A stretch of DNA of 64,000 nucleotides. Source: an uncultured Candidatus Saccharibacteria bacterium. Lineage in GTDB: Bacteria; Patescibacteriota; Minisyncoccia; Minisyncoccales; UBA1441. Where the stretch lies: assembly GCA_964572275.1 (NCBI GenBank), contig CAZNED010000001.1:5513-69512 (forward strand), in the 5' to 3' direction. Of this stretch, positions 9,585 to 18,808 are shown piece by piece. The translations under genes were made by a program, and so were the position numbers. The notes beneath the pieces are model-generated. The model saw only the letters and a program-made list of their open reading frames with translations. It made no database searches and had not been told where the DNA came from. The first letter of the stretch is position 1; each line of letters opens with the position of its first letter.

Positions 9585-9815
9585 ATGAAAAAGGATATCC
9601 ATCCTCAATATACATCAGAAGCACAAGTAACTTGTGCTTGCGGCAAGCGTTTCTCTATCGGATCTACGGCTAAAAATATTGAAACTGAAATATGCGGTTT
9701 TTGTCATCCATTTTATACTGGTGAACAGAAATTTATAGATGTCCAAGGACAGGTTCAGAAATTTCAAGCTCGCTTAGCAAAAAAAGGAGACAAATCTGGG
9801 CGTAGAAAAAAATGA
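9585..9815 (+). CDS. rpmE: 50S ribosomal protein L31 (Cys-containing form)
   Basis: MKKDIHPQY and CHPFYTG motifs. The TGA stop overlaps the prfA ATG (ATGA). Confidence 0.93.
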   Translation: MKKDIHPQYTSEAQVTCACGKRFSIGSTAKNIETEICGFCHPFYTGEQKFIDVQGQVQKFQARLAKKGDKSGRRKK

Positions 9816-10543
9816 AGGCTTCGGCCATTATTATCGAAATCCGCGCTGGCACTGGCGGCGAAGAAGCCGCTCTTTTTGCTAGAGATCTTTTCCATGCCTA
9901 TTATCGTTATTCCTTGAAAAATAAATGGCCTGTTGAGGTTTTCGATCAAAATGAAACAAGTCTTGGTGGATACAGAAAAGTAGGCTTTCGTATTATTAAT
10001 GAAGAAGCTTGGCATAAGATGCAATATGAAGGGGGAACACATCGCGTACAAAGGATTCCTAGTACTGAAAAGGCCGGCCGCGTTCAAACTTCGACCGTTA
10101 CCGTCGCTGTCTACTCACAGCAGAATACCTATTCTATCCAGCTCAATCAAAATGATATTAAAATTGATTTCTTTAGGTCTTCTGGCCCAGGTGGACAAAA
10201 TGTAAATAAAAGAGAAACTGCCGTTCGCTTATCACATATTCCATCCGGATTAACAGTAAGTTGCCAATCTAGCCGTAGTCAGCAAAAAAATAAGGACTTG
10301 GCTTTAGAAATTCTGAAGGCACAATTGGCCCATCAAGAATTAGAAAGGCAAGAAGAAAAAACTAGAAAAAATAAAAAGGATCAAATAGGATCAGGAAAAC
10401 GATCTGAAAAAATAAGAACTTATCATTTTCCGCGCAACCAAATTACTGATCATCGCGCTAAAAAGAGTTGGCAAAATTTAGAAGATGTAATGAAAGGAGA
10501 TTTCGACAAAATATTACAAGCCCTTATTCTAAAGAATCGCTAA
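9812..10543 (+). CDS. prfA: Peptide chain release factor 1, short form lacking domain 1
   Basis: GGQNVNK (GGQ) and RVQRIPSTEKAGRVQTS (PxT tripeptide = RF1 type). The protein begins at IEIRAGTGGEEAALFA, which is the start of domain 2. Confidence 0.85.
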   Translation: MKASAIIIEIRAGTGGEEAALFARDLFHAYYRYSLKNKWPVEVFDQNETSLGGYRKVGFRIINEEAWHKMQYEGGTHRVQRIPSTEKAGRVQTSTVTVAVYSQQNTYSIQLNQNDIKIDFFRSSGPGGQNVNKRETAVRLSHIPSGLTVSCQSSRSQQKNKDLALEILKAQLAHQELERQEEKTRKNKKDQIGSGKRSEKIRTYHFPRNQITDHRAKKSWQNLEDVMKGDFDKILQALILKNR

Positions 10544-10547
10544 AAAA

Positions 10548-11597
10548 TCATTTGGGCGGTTCTAATTCTTTCTCTTCAATTAAAACTTCTCTTAGTTCAT
10601 CGAGACTTTCTAGAATTGCCCCAGCTCCTCGAACCATGACTGTCAATGGATCTTCTATAATCTTGACAGGCATTTTAACTTCTTTCATGATCAATTGATC
10701 TAATCCTCTTAAGAAGGCTCCCCCGCCCGCCAGATGAATACCGTCACTCATGATATCTGCTAATAATTCCGGAGGAGTCATTTCGATAGTATCTTTAACG
10801 GCCATTACAATTTCTTCTACTGATTTTTTCAATGCTTGATATATATCTTTTGAAGAAATAATTATTTCTTCCGGCAATCCGGTTACTATATTTCTCCCTC
10901 GAATGGGCATTTCTTCATTCTGGCTAGGAAGAATGGCCGAACCAATTCTAATTTTAGTTTTTTCGGCGGATTGTTCTCCAATAATTAAACGATATTCTTC
11001 AAGAATGTAATCAATAATGTCTTGATTTAATTTATCGCCTGCTGTTTTCAAGCTGATTTTGGAAACAATGCCTCCTAATGAAATAACTGCCACTTCCGAT
11101 GTCCCTCCACCAATATCGACGATTAGATTGCCCGTTGCTTCTTGAATGGGCATCTTTGCTCCAATAGCTGAAGCAACTGGTTCGTCAACCAAAAAAACTT
11201 GATATGCTCCAGCATTACGAGCAGCATCGCGCACAGCTTTTTCTTCTACTTCTGTAATTCCAGAAGGGATCCCTATAATAACCCTCGGCCAAAAATGAGG
11301 AAACCATTTTTTGCCTCGAGCCTTTTGAATAAAATATCGAAGCATTTGTTCTGTGATCTCAAAGTCAGATACCACGCCTTTCACGAGAGGTCTTGAAGCA
11401 ATTATATAAGAAGGAGTGCGTCCAACCATTTTTTTGGCAGCTTGGCCGATCGCTAGAATCTGTCCAGTCTTCTCATTAAGTGCAACGACTGACGGTTCGT
11501 TAATAATGATCCCCTTTCCTCTTACGTAGACCAATGAATTGGCCGTACCCAGGTCAATGGCGATATCTTGATAAAAATAATTCAAATAATTTTTCAT
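10548..11597 (-). CDS. mreB: Rod shape-determining protein MreB (paralog 1)
   Basis: DLGTANSLVYV, NEPSVVA, DIGGGTSEVAVISLGG actin-fold motifs. Confidence 0.92.
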   Translation of the reverse strand: MKNYLNYFYQDIAIDLGTANSLVYVRGKGIIINEPSVVALNEKTGQILAIGQAAKKMVGRTPSYIIASRPLVKGVVSDFEITEQMLRYFIQKARGKKWFPHFWPRVIIGIPSGITEVEEKAVRDAARNAGAYQVFLVDEPVASAIGAKMPIQEATGNLIVDIGGGTSEVAVISLGGIVSKISLKTAGDKLNQDIIDYILEEYRLIIGEQSAEKTKIRIGSAILPSQNEEMPIRGRNIVTGLPEEIIISSKDIYQALKKSVEEIVMAVKDTIEMTPPELLADIMSDGIHLAGGGAFLRGLDQLIMKEVKMPVKIIEDPLTVMVRGAGAILESLDELREVLIEEKELEPPK

Positions 11598-11619
11598 GCT
11601 TATCTATTATATCATTCAA

Positions 11620-13044
11620 TTAATAAGATTGGGCAAAAATCCATTCATGCATAGCAGGTTTGCCACAATAAATACATTTTCCCCGTTTTTCCCCGGCATC
11701 TATCGGTAAACACCTTGTAGACGCCTTCGTCTCTTTTTTAATCATGATTTCGCAAGATTCATCCTCGCACCAGAAGGCTTTTATGAATCCTCTCTTGGTC
11801 TTCATAATTTCCTTGAATTCTCCATACGAATCTACAACATGAGTATTCTCCTCTGTAAATTTACGATGCCTAGATAGGGCAGCTATTTGCATTTCTTCCA
11901 ATATGTCCTTTATTTTTTGGATCATTTCAGAAGATTTAATCATCGCCTTTTTAGAATCATCTCGCCTTACTATGGTTATAGAATTATCTTTAACCTCTTT
12001 GATTCCAATCTCTACCCTAAGAGGAACTCCCTTCATTTCCCATTGATTAAATTTAAATCCGGCTGTTTCTCCGCTCTTTATATCAAGATTAACCCTAAAA
12101 TCAGATAACTTATCTCTAATTTGTTCAGCATATGCCATTACTTCTTTTTGATTATCGCTTTTGAATATAGGGATGATGACTACTTGAATTGGAGCAATAT
12201 TCGGAGGGAAAAAGAGTCCGTTATCATCGCCATGAGCCATAATTAATCCTCCAATACTGCGCGTTGATAAGCCCCAACTGTTCTGCCAAGGATGAAGATC
12301 ATTCCCCTCTTCATCCTGCACTGTCCAATTAAAGGCTTTTGCAAAATTCTGGCCTAAATCATGAGAAGTCCCTGCCTGCAGAGCTTTCCCATCTGGCATT
12401 AAGATTTCAACCGTGAGTGTTTTATTACCTCCTACAAATTTTTCAGCATCGCTTTTATAGCCTGCGATGCAATGAATCGCCATTAACTCTTGATACATAT
12501 TTTTATAGCATTCTAGAGCCCATAACACTGTTTTCATGCTTTCATCGTGATTGGCGTGTGCGCAATGGCCTTCTTGCCACAAGAACTCTGATGTCCTCAA
12601 GAATAGATATGTCCTTTTTTCCCAACGCACTACATTGCTCCATTGATTTATTTTAATAGGTAAATCACGCCATGATTTAATCCACTTCTGGTACATGGCA
12701 TACATAATCGTTTCAGATGTTGGTCGAATAATTAACCTTTCTGTTAACTCCTGGCCTCCTGCTATCGTAACTACTGCTGTATATGGAGTGAATCCCTTTA
12801 CATGCTCTTTCTCTTTTTCTAGATATGATTCTGGAATAAACAATGGGAAATAAGCATTCTGAACTTGTTGTAATTTAAATAATGGATCCAAAAACGACTG
12901 GACTGCCTCCCACAATGAGTATCCGTAAGGTCGAATCACCATGCACCCCTTAACGGGAGCGTAATCAGCTAATTCCGCTTTAATAATAACATCGGTATAC
13001 CATTGAGATAAATTTTGAGATTTTGGAATAAGTTCTTTCTTCAT
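11620..13044 (-). CDS. proS: Prolyl-tRNA synthetase, archaeal/eukaryote-like type
   Basis: 474 aa. LSQWYTDVI..AELADY..VKGCMVIRPYG N-terminus, class II core, C-terminal zinc-binding domain ending AQSY. Confidence 0.92.
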   Translation of the reverse strand: MKKELIPKSQNLSQWYTDVIIKAELADYAPVKGCMVIRPYGYSLWEAVQSFLDPLFKLQQVQNAYFPLFIPESYLEKEKEHVKGFTPYTAVVTIAGGQELTERLIIRPTSETIMYAMYQKWIKSWRDLPIKINQWSNVVRWEKRTYLFLRTSEFLWQEGHCAHANHDESMKTVLWALECYKNMYQELMAIHCIAGYKSDAEKFVGGNKTLTVEILMPDGKALQAGTSHDLGQNFAKAFNWTVQDEEGNDLHPWQNSWGLSTRSIGGLIMAHGDDNGLFFPPNIAPIQVVIIPIFKSDNQKEVMAYAEQIRDKLSDFRVNLDIKSGETAGFKFNQWEMKGVPLRVEIGIKEVKDNSITIVRRDDSKKAMIKSSEMIQKIKDILEEMQIAALSRHRKFTEENTHVVDSYGEFKEIMKTKRGFIKAFWCEDESCEIMIKKETKASTRCLPIDAGEKRGKCIYCGKPAMHEWIFAQSY

Positions 13045-13053
13045 AATATCGTC

Positions 13054-14130
13054 TTAAGAAGGATGAATAATATAAAGTATATCTCTAATGCTAACAAATA
13101 TAAGTAAACCTATTAATAAGAAAAAGAATGCTGTATTAATTCTATTCTCTAATGCGCGATTAGGTGATCGGCCCATTATCTTCTCAATTCCAAGAAATAA
13201 AATCCTGCCGCCATCTAAAGCCGGCAATGGCAAAAGATTGAATATTGAAAAATAGATTGCAATAACAGCTAATAATGACAGCAATTTATCCCAACCTATC
13301 GCTGCCTGTTGTCCCGCTACTTGGACAATACCAATTGGGCCGACCATGCGGGCTCCTGGTATTTTTTCGCCTTGGATTAAACGACTAATTATTTCTACCG
13401 TAAGAACAGGAATAGTAATAGTTTGTATAGCTGTTGCCTGCAAACCCGCCCAAGGAGCTTGATACCATTTATAATGTCTTTGATTAACAGCCGCAATTGC
13501 AACGCCCAGTGTTCCTCCATTTTCTATATCATCTTCATTTGAACGAAGCTCTGCTGAAAGAGCAAGTAATTCCGATCCTCTTTGTATTTGCAGCTCAACA
13601 TTATTTCCTTGATTATTTTTTAAAAAAGTTATTAATTGATCCATGTTCTGAAAATCCACACTGCCATTGCCTATAGCGCCTAAAATAAAATCGCCCATTT
13701 TAAGTCCGGCTTCTTCGGCTGGTGAATTTGGGCTGACACTCATGATTTGAACTCGCGCTGAAGCATTATCATCAGTAGCAAATGATAATCCCCAAATACC
13801 AGCTATTAGTGAAAATATGACAAAAGCTGCAATCCACGTTGCAATAACTCCTCCCAACATAATAGCCACTCGTTGATGAATCGGGATAGATTCTATCCTT
13901 TCTTCCGAAGACCCCTCTAATCCAGGAATCTTAACAAATGCCCCTAATGGCAATAAATTCAAAGAATAAAGAGTTGCTCCGATTTTAATGCCGAAAATAC
14001 GAGGCGGAAACCCTATACCAAACTCTTCAACTGGTACGCCGAACTTCTTGGCTAACAGAAAATGACCGAATTCATGTATGGTAACTAGGAGAACCAACCC
14101 TAATATGGCAATTAAAAAATAAAAAAACAT
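13054..14130 (-). CDS. rseP: RIP (site-2) zinc metalloprotease RseP, M50 family with PDZ
   Basis: HEFGHF, a PDZ segment (SPAEEAGLKMGDFI), and NLLPLPALDGG. Confidence 0.9.
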   Translation of the reverse strand: MFFYFLIAILGLVLLVTIHEFGHFLLAKKFGVPVEEFGIGFPPRIFGIKIGATLYSLNLLPLGAFVKIPGLEGSSEERIESIPIHQRVAIMLGGVIATWIAAFVIFSLIAGIWGLSFATDDNASARVQIMSVSPNSPAEEAGLKMGDFILGAIGNGSVDFQNMDQLITFLKNNQGNNVELQIQRGSELLALSAELRSNEDDIENGGTLGVAIAAVNQRHYKWYQAPWAGLQATAIQTITIPVLTVEIISRLIQGEKIPGARMVGPIGIVQVAGQQAAIGWDKLLSLLAVIAIYFSIFNLLPLPALDGGRILFLGIEKIMGRSPNRALENRINTAFFFLLIGLLIFVSIRDILYIIHPS

Positions 14131-14693
14131 TATCCTTTAATCTCTTCCTGTTTACTGTCTTTCATTTGATCTATCTTATCGTTGTAATCATTAATGATTT
14201 GTTGCAATTTCTCTTTTAATTTAAATTTCTCGTCTTCGCTTATCAGATTGTCTGAAAATGCTTTCTGAATTTCCTCCCAACCGTCATGCCACCAATGTCT
14301 AACAACGGCCTTAGCTTTATTTGCTTCGTCGTTGACCAAGACAGTCAGATTTTGTCGCCTTTCCTGAGAAAGTTCTGGCATCGTAATTCTAAGTAATTTT
14401 TGATCAACAATTACGCTAAGTCCCATATTAGCCTGGCGAACGGCTTGTTCAATAGGTTGAAGATAATCATCGCCCCAAGGCTGAACAACTAATTGGTTGC
14501 CACCACTGATGTTAATAGATCCTAATTGCTTTAAAAGCATGTCTTGGCCAGCAATAGAAACCTTTAAATCTTCAATTAAAGAAGGCGTTATGCGCGAAGC
14601 ATGTAATTTATTCAATTCTTGTTGGAAAAATACTATCGATTTTTCAAGATTATCTTTAATATTTTCAACAATTTGTAAATTAGGCATAATCAA
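14130..14693 (-). CDS. frr: Ribosome recycling factor
   Basis: Typical RRF length and motifs (ASRITPSLIEDLKV, ITMPELSQERRQNL). Confidence 0.9.
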   Translation of the reverse strand: MIMPNLQIVENIKDNLEKSIVFFQQELNKLHASRITPSLIEDLKVSIAGQDMLLKQLGSINISGGNQLVVQPWGDDYLQPIEQAVRQANMGLSVIVDQKLLRITMPELSQERRQNLTVLVNDEANKAKAVVRHWWHDGWEEIQKAFSDNLISEDEKFKLKEKLQQIINDYNDKIDQMKDSKQEEIKG

Positions 14694-15594
14694 AAGAAAT
14701 TAAAATTTGTTCTAACGCTAGACGTTTATTTAAGCTTGCACCTCTATACTTTGAACTTATCTCTTCAATTTGTTCAACAATATTAACTATTCTATTCAAG
14801 TCATATTGTGGAAATATATTCTGATAAATTTTTAATTTAAAAACATGGGTCAACAAGGCAGCCCGCCAATAGACTAACCATATTTCTAGAATGATTGATA
14901 TATCTTCTTGTTTGGCTAAACGTTCTGCAATTTGGAACCTGTCTCCTAAAGATCTTTCCTGCAATCCTTGAATGGATTGCCACTCTAGCATCTTATCTTT
15001 AATCATTTCCGGATGGTTTCTCAATTCTACCATATAATCAATGCACCCATGCCCGATTAAAGCAATTATTTCGGCGCTATTCTGATCACTACCCTGTCCT
15101 ATCAACCAATCAACTGACCCTTGAAAGCCCCATGCTGGAAAAGAAACTATCTGGCAACGAGAACTTATAGTTGACCTTAGGGAATTAAGATTATTACTCA
15201 ACAGAATAAAAATCGTTCTATTTTTTGGTTCTTCTAGCACCTTAAGCAAAGCATCCTGAGCATAAATATTCATTGTCTGGGCATTGTGAATAACAATAAC
15301 CTGATATTCTTGATTGCCTAATTTGAGATCCGTACGATGCTTAATATCTCGAATCTGATCAATGCTGATAATTTGTGATTTATTATCTTCGGAAACATTT
15401 GGATGGATCCGCCAAGAATAAAAGTTTTCTCCATTTTTTTGATTCTCCCGTAACTGCCCAATAAACCACTCGGAAATCTTCTCTTTCCCGGCACCAGGTT
15501 CTCCCGTAAATAAATAAGCATGCGATAATCGGTTGAGCGATATCTCTTGCCTTAAGAATTCTTGTTGTTTATCGAAAGGCATTAATTTATTCAT
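14680..15594 (-). CDS. holB: DNA polymerase III delta' subunit
   Basis: HAYLFTGEPGAGKE Walker A-like motif, LLKVLEEP, SRCQ motifs. Confidence 0.85.
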   Translation of the reverse strand: MNKLMPFDKQQEFLRQEISLNRLSHAYLFTGEPGAGKEKISEWFIGQLRENQKNGENFYSWRIHPNVSEDNKSQIISIDQIRDIKHRTDLKLGNQEYQVIVIHNAQTMNIYAQDALLKVLEEPKNRTIFILLSNNLNSLRSTISSRCQIVSFPAWGFQGSVDWLIGQGSDQNSAEIIALIGHGCIDYMVELRNHPEMIKDKMLEWQSIQGLQERSLGDRFQIAERLAKQEDISIILEIWLVYWRAALLTHVFKLKIYQNIFPQYDLNRIVNIVEQIEEISSKYRGASLNKRLALEQILISFDYA

Positions 15595-16598
15595 CTCCCT
15601 CCGACAATACTTTTTTTATAAAGATCTAAATTATCTAACACCATTCCTAATCCTTTAATTACGCACAATAATGGCTCTTCGGCAACAAAAGTTGGCACCT
15701 TTACTCTCTCAGCAATAAAACGATCAATATCTGTCAATAATGCGCCTCCGCCAGCCAAGATAATACCCTTATTCATTATATCAGCCGATAATTCAGGGGG
15801 AGTATCCCTTAAAACGCTTCTAATAGATCTAGCAATCTCTTCTAAAACCTCACTAATCGCTTCTTGTATTTCATTTGATGAAATCTTAATATCTCGAGGT
15901 AAGCCGCTGGCAATATCTCGACCACGAATATCTAGAAATCTTTCTTTCTTTTCTTTTTTCGCAATACCAATCTTTTTCTTTGCCTCTTCAGCCGTCTGAA
16001 TACCTGTAGCCAAATTATATTTATCCTTAATATATGCGATAATTGCTTCATCCATTTTATCTCCACCGACACGCGTCGAAGCACATGTAACAATTCCTCC
16101 TAAGGATATAACCGCCACCTCTGATGTTCCTCCGCCAATATCAACAATCATATGACCAGAACAAGAATCTATCGGAATACCAGCCCCTAAAGCCGATAAA
16201 ATCGGCTCCTTAGCGATATAAGCTCTTCTCGCGCCAACACTTAAAGCAGCTTCTACGACGGCTCTTCTCTCAGCCGATGATATGTCAGCTGGTACTGAAA
16301 TAACTAATTCTGGCTTTATGAAGCTAATAGATCCTCCTGATTTATCAATAAAATACTTTATCATTGATTGAGTCACTCTGTAATCAGCGATCACGCCATC
16401 GCGTAATGGACGATAAATACGAATGCTTCCCGGAGTTCGGCCAATCATTTGTTTGGCTTCTAATCCTACTGCCAATACTCTGTTATTTTCAGGAGTAACG
16501 GCGACAACCGATGGTTCATTAATAACAATACCCTTCTTTGGTACCAGAACTAATGAATTAGCCGTTCCTAGATCAATAGCAATTTTACGCGAAAACAT
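15591..16598 (-). CDS. mreB: Rod shape-determining protein MreB (paralog 2)
   Basis: DLGTANSLVLV, NEPSVVAV, DIGGGTSEVAVISLGG. Clearly paralogous to 10548..11597. Confidence 0.92.
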   Translation of the reverse strand: MFSRKIAIDLGTANSLVLVPKKGIVINEPSVVAVTPENNRVLAVGLEAKQMIGRTPGSIRIYRPLRDGVIADYRVTQSMIKYFIDKSGGSISFIKPELVISVPADISSAERRAVVEAALSVGARRAYIAKEPILSALGAGIPIDSCSGHMIVDIGGGTSEVAVISLGGIVTCASTRVGGDKMDEAIIAYIKDKYNLATGIQTAEEAKKKIGIAKKEKKERFLDIRGRDIASGLPRDIKISSNEIQEAISEVLEEIARSIRSVLRDTPPELSADIMNKGIILAGGGALLTDIDRFIAERVKVPTFVAEEPLLCVIKGLGMVLDNLDLYKKSIVGGR

Positions 16599-16608
16599 AT
16601 TTTTAATA

Positions 16609-17871
16609 TTATTCTTTAATACGCTGGATATCCGCCCCTAATTTATTCAAACGATCTTCTATCTTAAAATATCCTCGGTCAATTTGATTAACTCCTTCTA
16701 TCACAGTTGTACCTTCGGCCATAAGAGCCGCTACCACTAAAGCTGCGCCCGCTCTTATGTCGCTAGATTCGATAGTAACACCCACTAAAGGAGTCGGACC
16801 GAAAACAAAAGCTCTATGAGGATCGACCATTTCAATATCTCCTCCCATTTTGCGAAGTTCGTTCGTATACCTCAATCTATTCTCATAAAGAGGATCATGA
16901 ATCAAGCTTTTACCCGATGCTTGAGTTAAGAGGGGGACTGCTAATGGCAATAAATCCGTCGGAAATCCAGGATAGGGCAATGCCTGTAATTTCAATGATT
17001 TGAGATTAGGTGAATGTCTGACCAATAAAGAATCAGCCTCTACCTCAAAATCTACACCCAATTTCTCCATCTTAGCCAAGAATAAAGTCAAATGTTCCGG
17101 GATCACATCTTTTATAATAACTGTCCCTGGCGTGACAGCTGCCGCCGATAAGAACGTACCCGCCTCTAATGGATCAGGGATAATACGATGTTTGACTCCA
17201 TTTAATTTAGGAACACCCTTGATTTTAATGTCATGAGTCCCTACCCCCTCTATTTGCGCTCCCATATTCTGAAGCATTTTACCTAAATCTTGAACCTGCG
17301 GTTCAGCGGCAACTCCTTTTAAAATAGTTTCACCCGGTGTTAAAACTGCTGCTAGTATAAGATTTTCTGTAGCCGTAACGCTAAATTCCTGGAGAACAAC
17401 TCTCCCGCCTCTTAAATTATCTCCTTTGAAATAATAAAAATCACCTTCCTGTCTAAATTCAGCACCTAATTCTTCCAATGCCTCCAAATGCGTACTGATT
17501 GGTCTCAATCCGATACTGTCCCCGCCTGGTCTGATAATACGGAAAGATTTTAATCTAGCCAATAAAGCGCCAATAAATAGAACCGATAAACGCGTTCGAC
17601 GTGCTCTATCAAAATCCATTTTTTCAGGATCGAGAGAAATGTTTTTTGTTTTTAGAGTAGTAGAATCAAGCCATTCTGTTTTCAATCCTAATCCTTCCAA
17701 GACTCCGATAACATCTAGGATATCATCTATTAAGGGAATATTCTCTATAATGCACTCTTCATCTGTCAGCAATGTTGCCGTTAAAATTGCCCCTGCAGCA
17801 TTTTTATAACCATTAGTAATAATCTCTCCTTCTAAAGGCTTTCCGCCATGAATAATAAATTTATCAGGCAT
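16609..17871 (-). CDS. murA: UDP-N-acetylglucosamine 1-carboxyvinyltransferase
   Basis: 420 aa. FIIHGGKPLEGEI, KNAAGAIL, PGFPTDL motifs of the EPSP/MurA fold. Confidence 0.92.
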   Translation of the reverse strand: MPDKFIIHGGKPLEGEIITNGYKNAAGAILTATLLTDEECIIENIPLIDDILDVIGVLEGLGLKTEWLDSTTLKTKNISLDPEKMDFDRARRTRLSVLFIGALLARLKSFRIIRPGGDSIGLRPISTHLEALEELGAEFRQEGDFYYFKGDNLRGGRVVLQEFSVTATENLILAAVLTPGETILKGVAAEPQVQDLGKMLQNMGAQIEGVGTHDIKIKGVPKLNGVKHRIIPDPLEAGTFLSAAAVTPGTVIIKDVIPEHLTLFLAKMEKLGVDFEVEADSLLVRHSPNLKSLKLQALPYPGFPTDLLPLAVPLLTQASGKSLIHDPLYENRLRYTNELRKMGGDIEMVDPHRAFVFGPTPLVGVTIESSDIRAGAALVVAALMAEGTTVIEGVNQIDRGYFKIEDRLNKLGADIQRIKE

Positions 17872-17931
17872 ATTTTATTAAAATTAACTGTTTAATCTTA
17901 TCTTAAAATAAAGCTTTGCGCAAATAAAGAA

Positions 17932-17972
17932 GGGAGAGGCCAGGCGCAATTAAGCACCTTTAAGCCTCTCCC
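17932..17972 (-). terminator. GC-rich hairpin plus T-rich tract after island B gene
   Basis: GGGAGAGGC (17932-17940) / GCCTCTCCC (17964-17972) with a 23-nt loop. On the minus strand it is followed by TTCTTTATTT. Confidence 0.5.
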
Positions 17973-17991
17973 AGAACCCAACCCCTTTGTT

Positions 17992-18699
17992 TCAGAGGAG
18001 CCAGCCGGCCGCCATGAAGCGGCCCTCTTGACTGCCCTCTACAACAGATCGCCGATGCGAGAAGAAGAGCGGTCCACCAGCTTGCTCGTCTCGACCACAG
18101 CACGTACACACAGAAGACCATGCGATCTTCTCGATACCCGACCTTGCGAGCACCGATACGATATACGCATGCAAGTCAATCGAGACGAATTCCCCCCCTT
18201 GCGTATGCATGGCTGAAGACCATTCCCCTCTTGTTGCGAGAACTTCGATTTGAGGATGATTCATCGAGAATCGATAGCAGCACGGACGGATCCCCGGCCC
18301 GATCAAGGCTTGCATCTGGCTTGGCGCGAAGCCAAGCCGTTGCATTTCAAGCAGTCCCGCCTGCAATGCCCCCCTCCAGAGAGCATCGAGAGACCCATGG
18401 ACCATGACCAATGCCGGGATTGCTGCAATGTAGACTACCGGACAATCCCCCGGAAGCATCGTCAATGCATGTTGCCGCTCTGTGACAATGATCCCGTCGC
18501 CTCGTTCCATATTGCTCTCGTTGCCCATACAGATACTGGGCACCCCATCTCGACTCGGGAGAAGGTGAGTTCTCCTCCATGGCGCTCCCAGGGCGCGTAG
18601 AAACGCACTCTGCCCGCAGGAATCGTCCTTCATGTTTCCAGCATCGACTGTGCTGAATCCATGCGGAATCCCACTCTCCGGAACCCTGAACAGCCTCAT
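17992..18699 (-). CDS. GC-rich island B: divergent YfiH/PgeF/LACC1-family (DUF152, 'laccase-domain') protein
   Basis: Family motifs seen by eye: HGFSTVDAGNM, DGIIVTE..L..GDCPVV, VHGS...WRG, IGPGIRPCCY, FFSHRRS. The start at 18699 lies 6 nt after AAGGGGGA. About 58% GC (hand count of 18301-18360). Confidence 0.75.
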   Translation of the reverse strand: MRLFRVPESGIPHGFSTVDAGNMKDDSCGQSAFLRALGAPWRRTHLLPSRDGVPSICMGNESNMERGDGIIVTERQHALTMLPGDCPVVYIAAIPALVMVHGSLDALWRGALQAGLLEMQRLGFAPSQMQALIGPGIRPCCYRFSMNHPQIEVLATRGEWSSAMHTQGGEFVSIDLHAYIVSVLARSGIEKIAWSSVCTCCGRDEQAGGPLFFSHRRSVVEGSQEGRFMAAGWLL

Positions 18700-18735
18700 G
18701 CCCATTCCCCCTTACACAGCGAACTAAGATATCCA

Positions 18736-18764
18736 ATTATAAAACATTTGCAATATTTCGTCAA
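18736..18764 (-). promoter_or_regulatory. sigma70-like promoter for island B gene (TTGACG-17-TATAAT)
   Basis: On the minus strand, TTGACG at 18764-18759 and TATAAT at 18741-18736, located in AT-rich DNA. Confidence 0.55.
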
Positions 18765-18766
18765 TA

Positions 18767-18788
18767 CAAAAAATGGCCGTAAGGCCAT
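18767..18788 (-). terminator. Rho-independent terminator of the Cas4-like gene
   Basis: ATGGCC-GTAA/TTAC-GGCCAT hairpin (18773-18788) followed by TTTTTTG on the minus strand. Confidence 0.6.
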
Positions 18789-18808
18789 AATTAGAATATT
18801 TTGAAAAA

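Noticed and set aside
18028-18736. Overlapping ORFs in island B (18028..18216+, 18120..18407+, 18250..18600+, 18347..18736-).
   Set aside because: These are typical stop-poor frames in GC-rich DNA. Only the 17992..18699 frame has family motifs, an SD and a terminator.
17932-18764. The GC-rich islands (this one, and those at ~4927-5420, 59525-59809 and 61848-62107) might be structured RNA genes. GC-rich patches in AT-rich genomes often are (RNase P, tmRNA, SRP, 6S).
   Set aside because: None of the signature motifs I know for RNase P, tmRNA or SRP RNA are present. Each island has an SD at correct spacing from an ATG and one long ORF. Island B shows a full protein-family motif series and island C a CxxC..CxxC ribbon.
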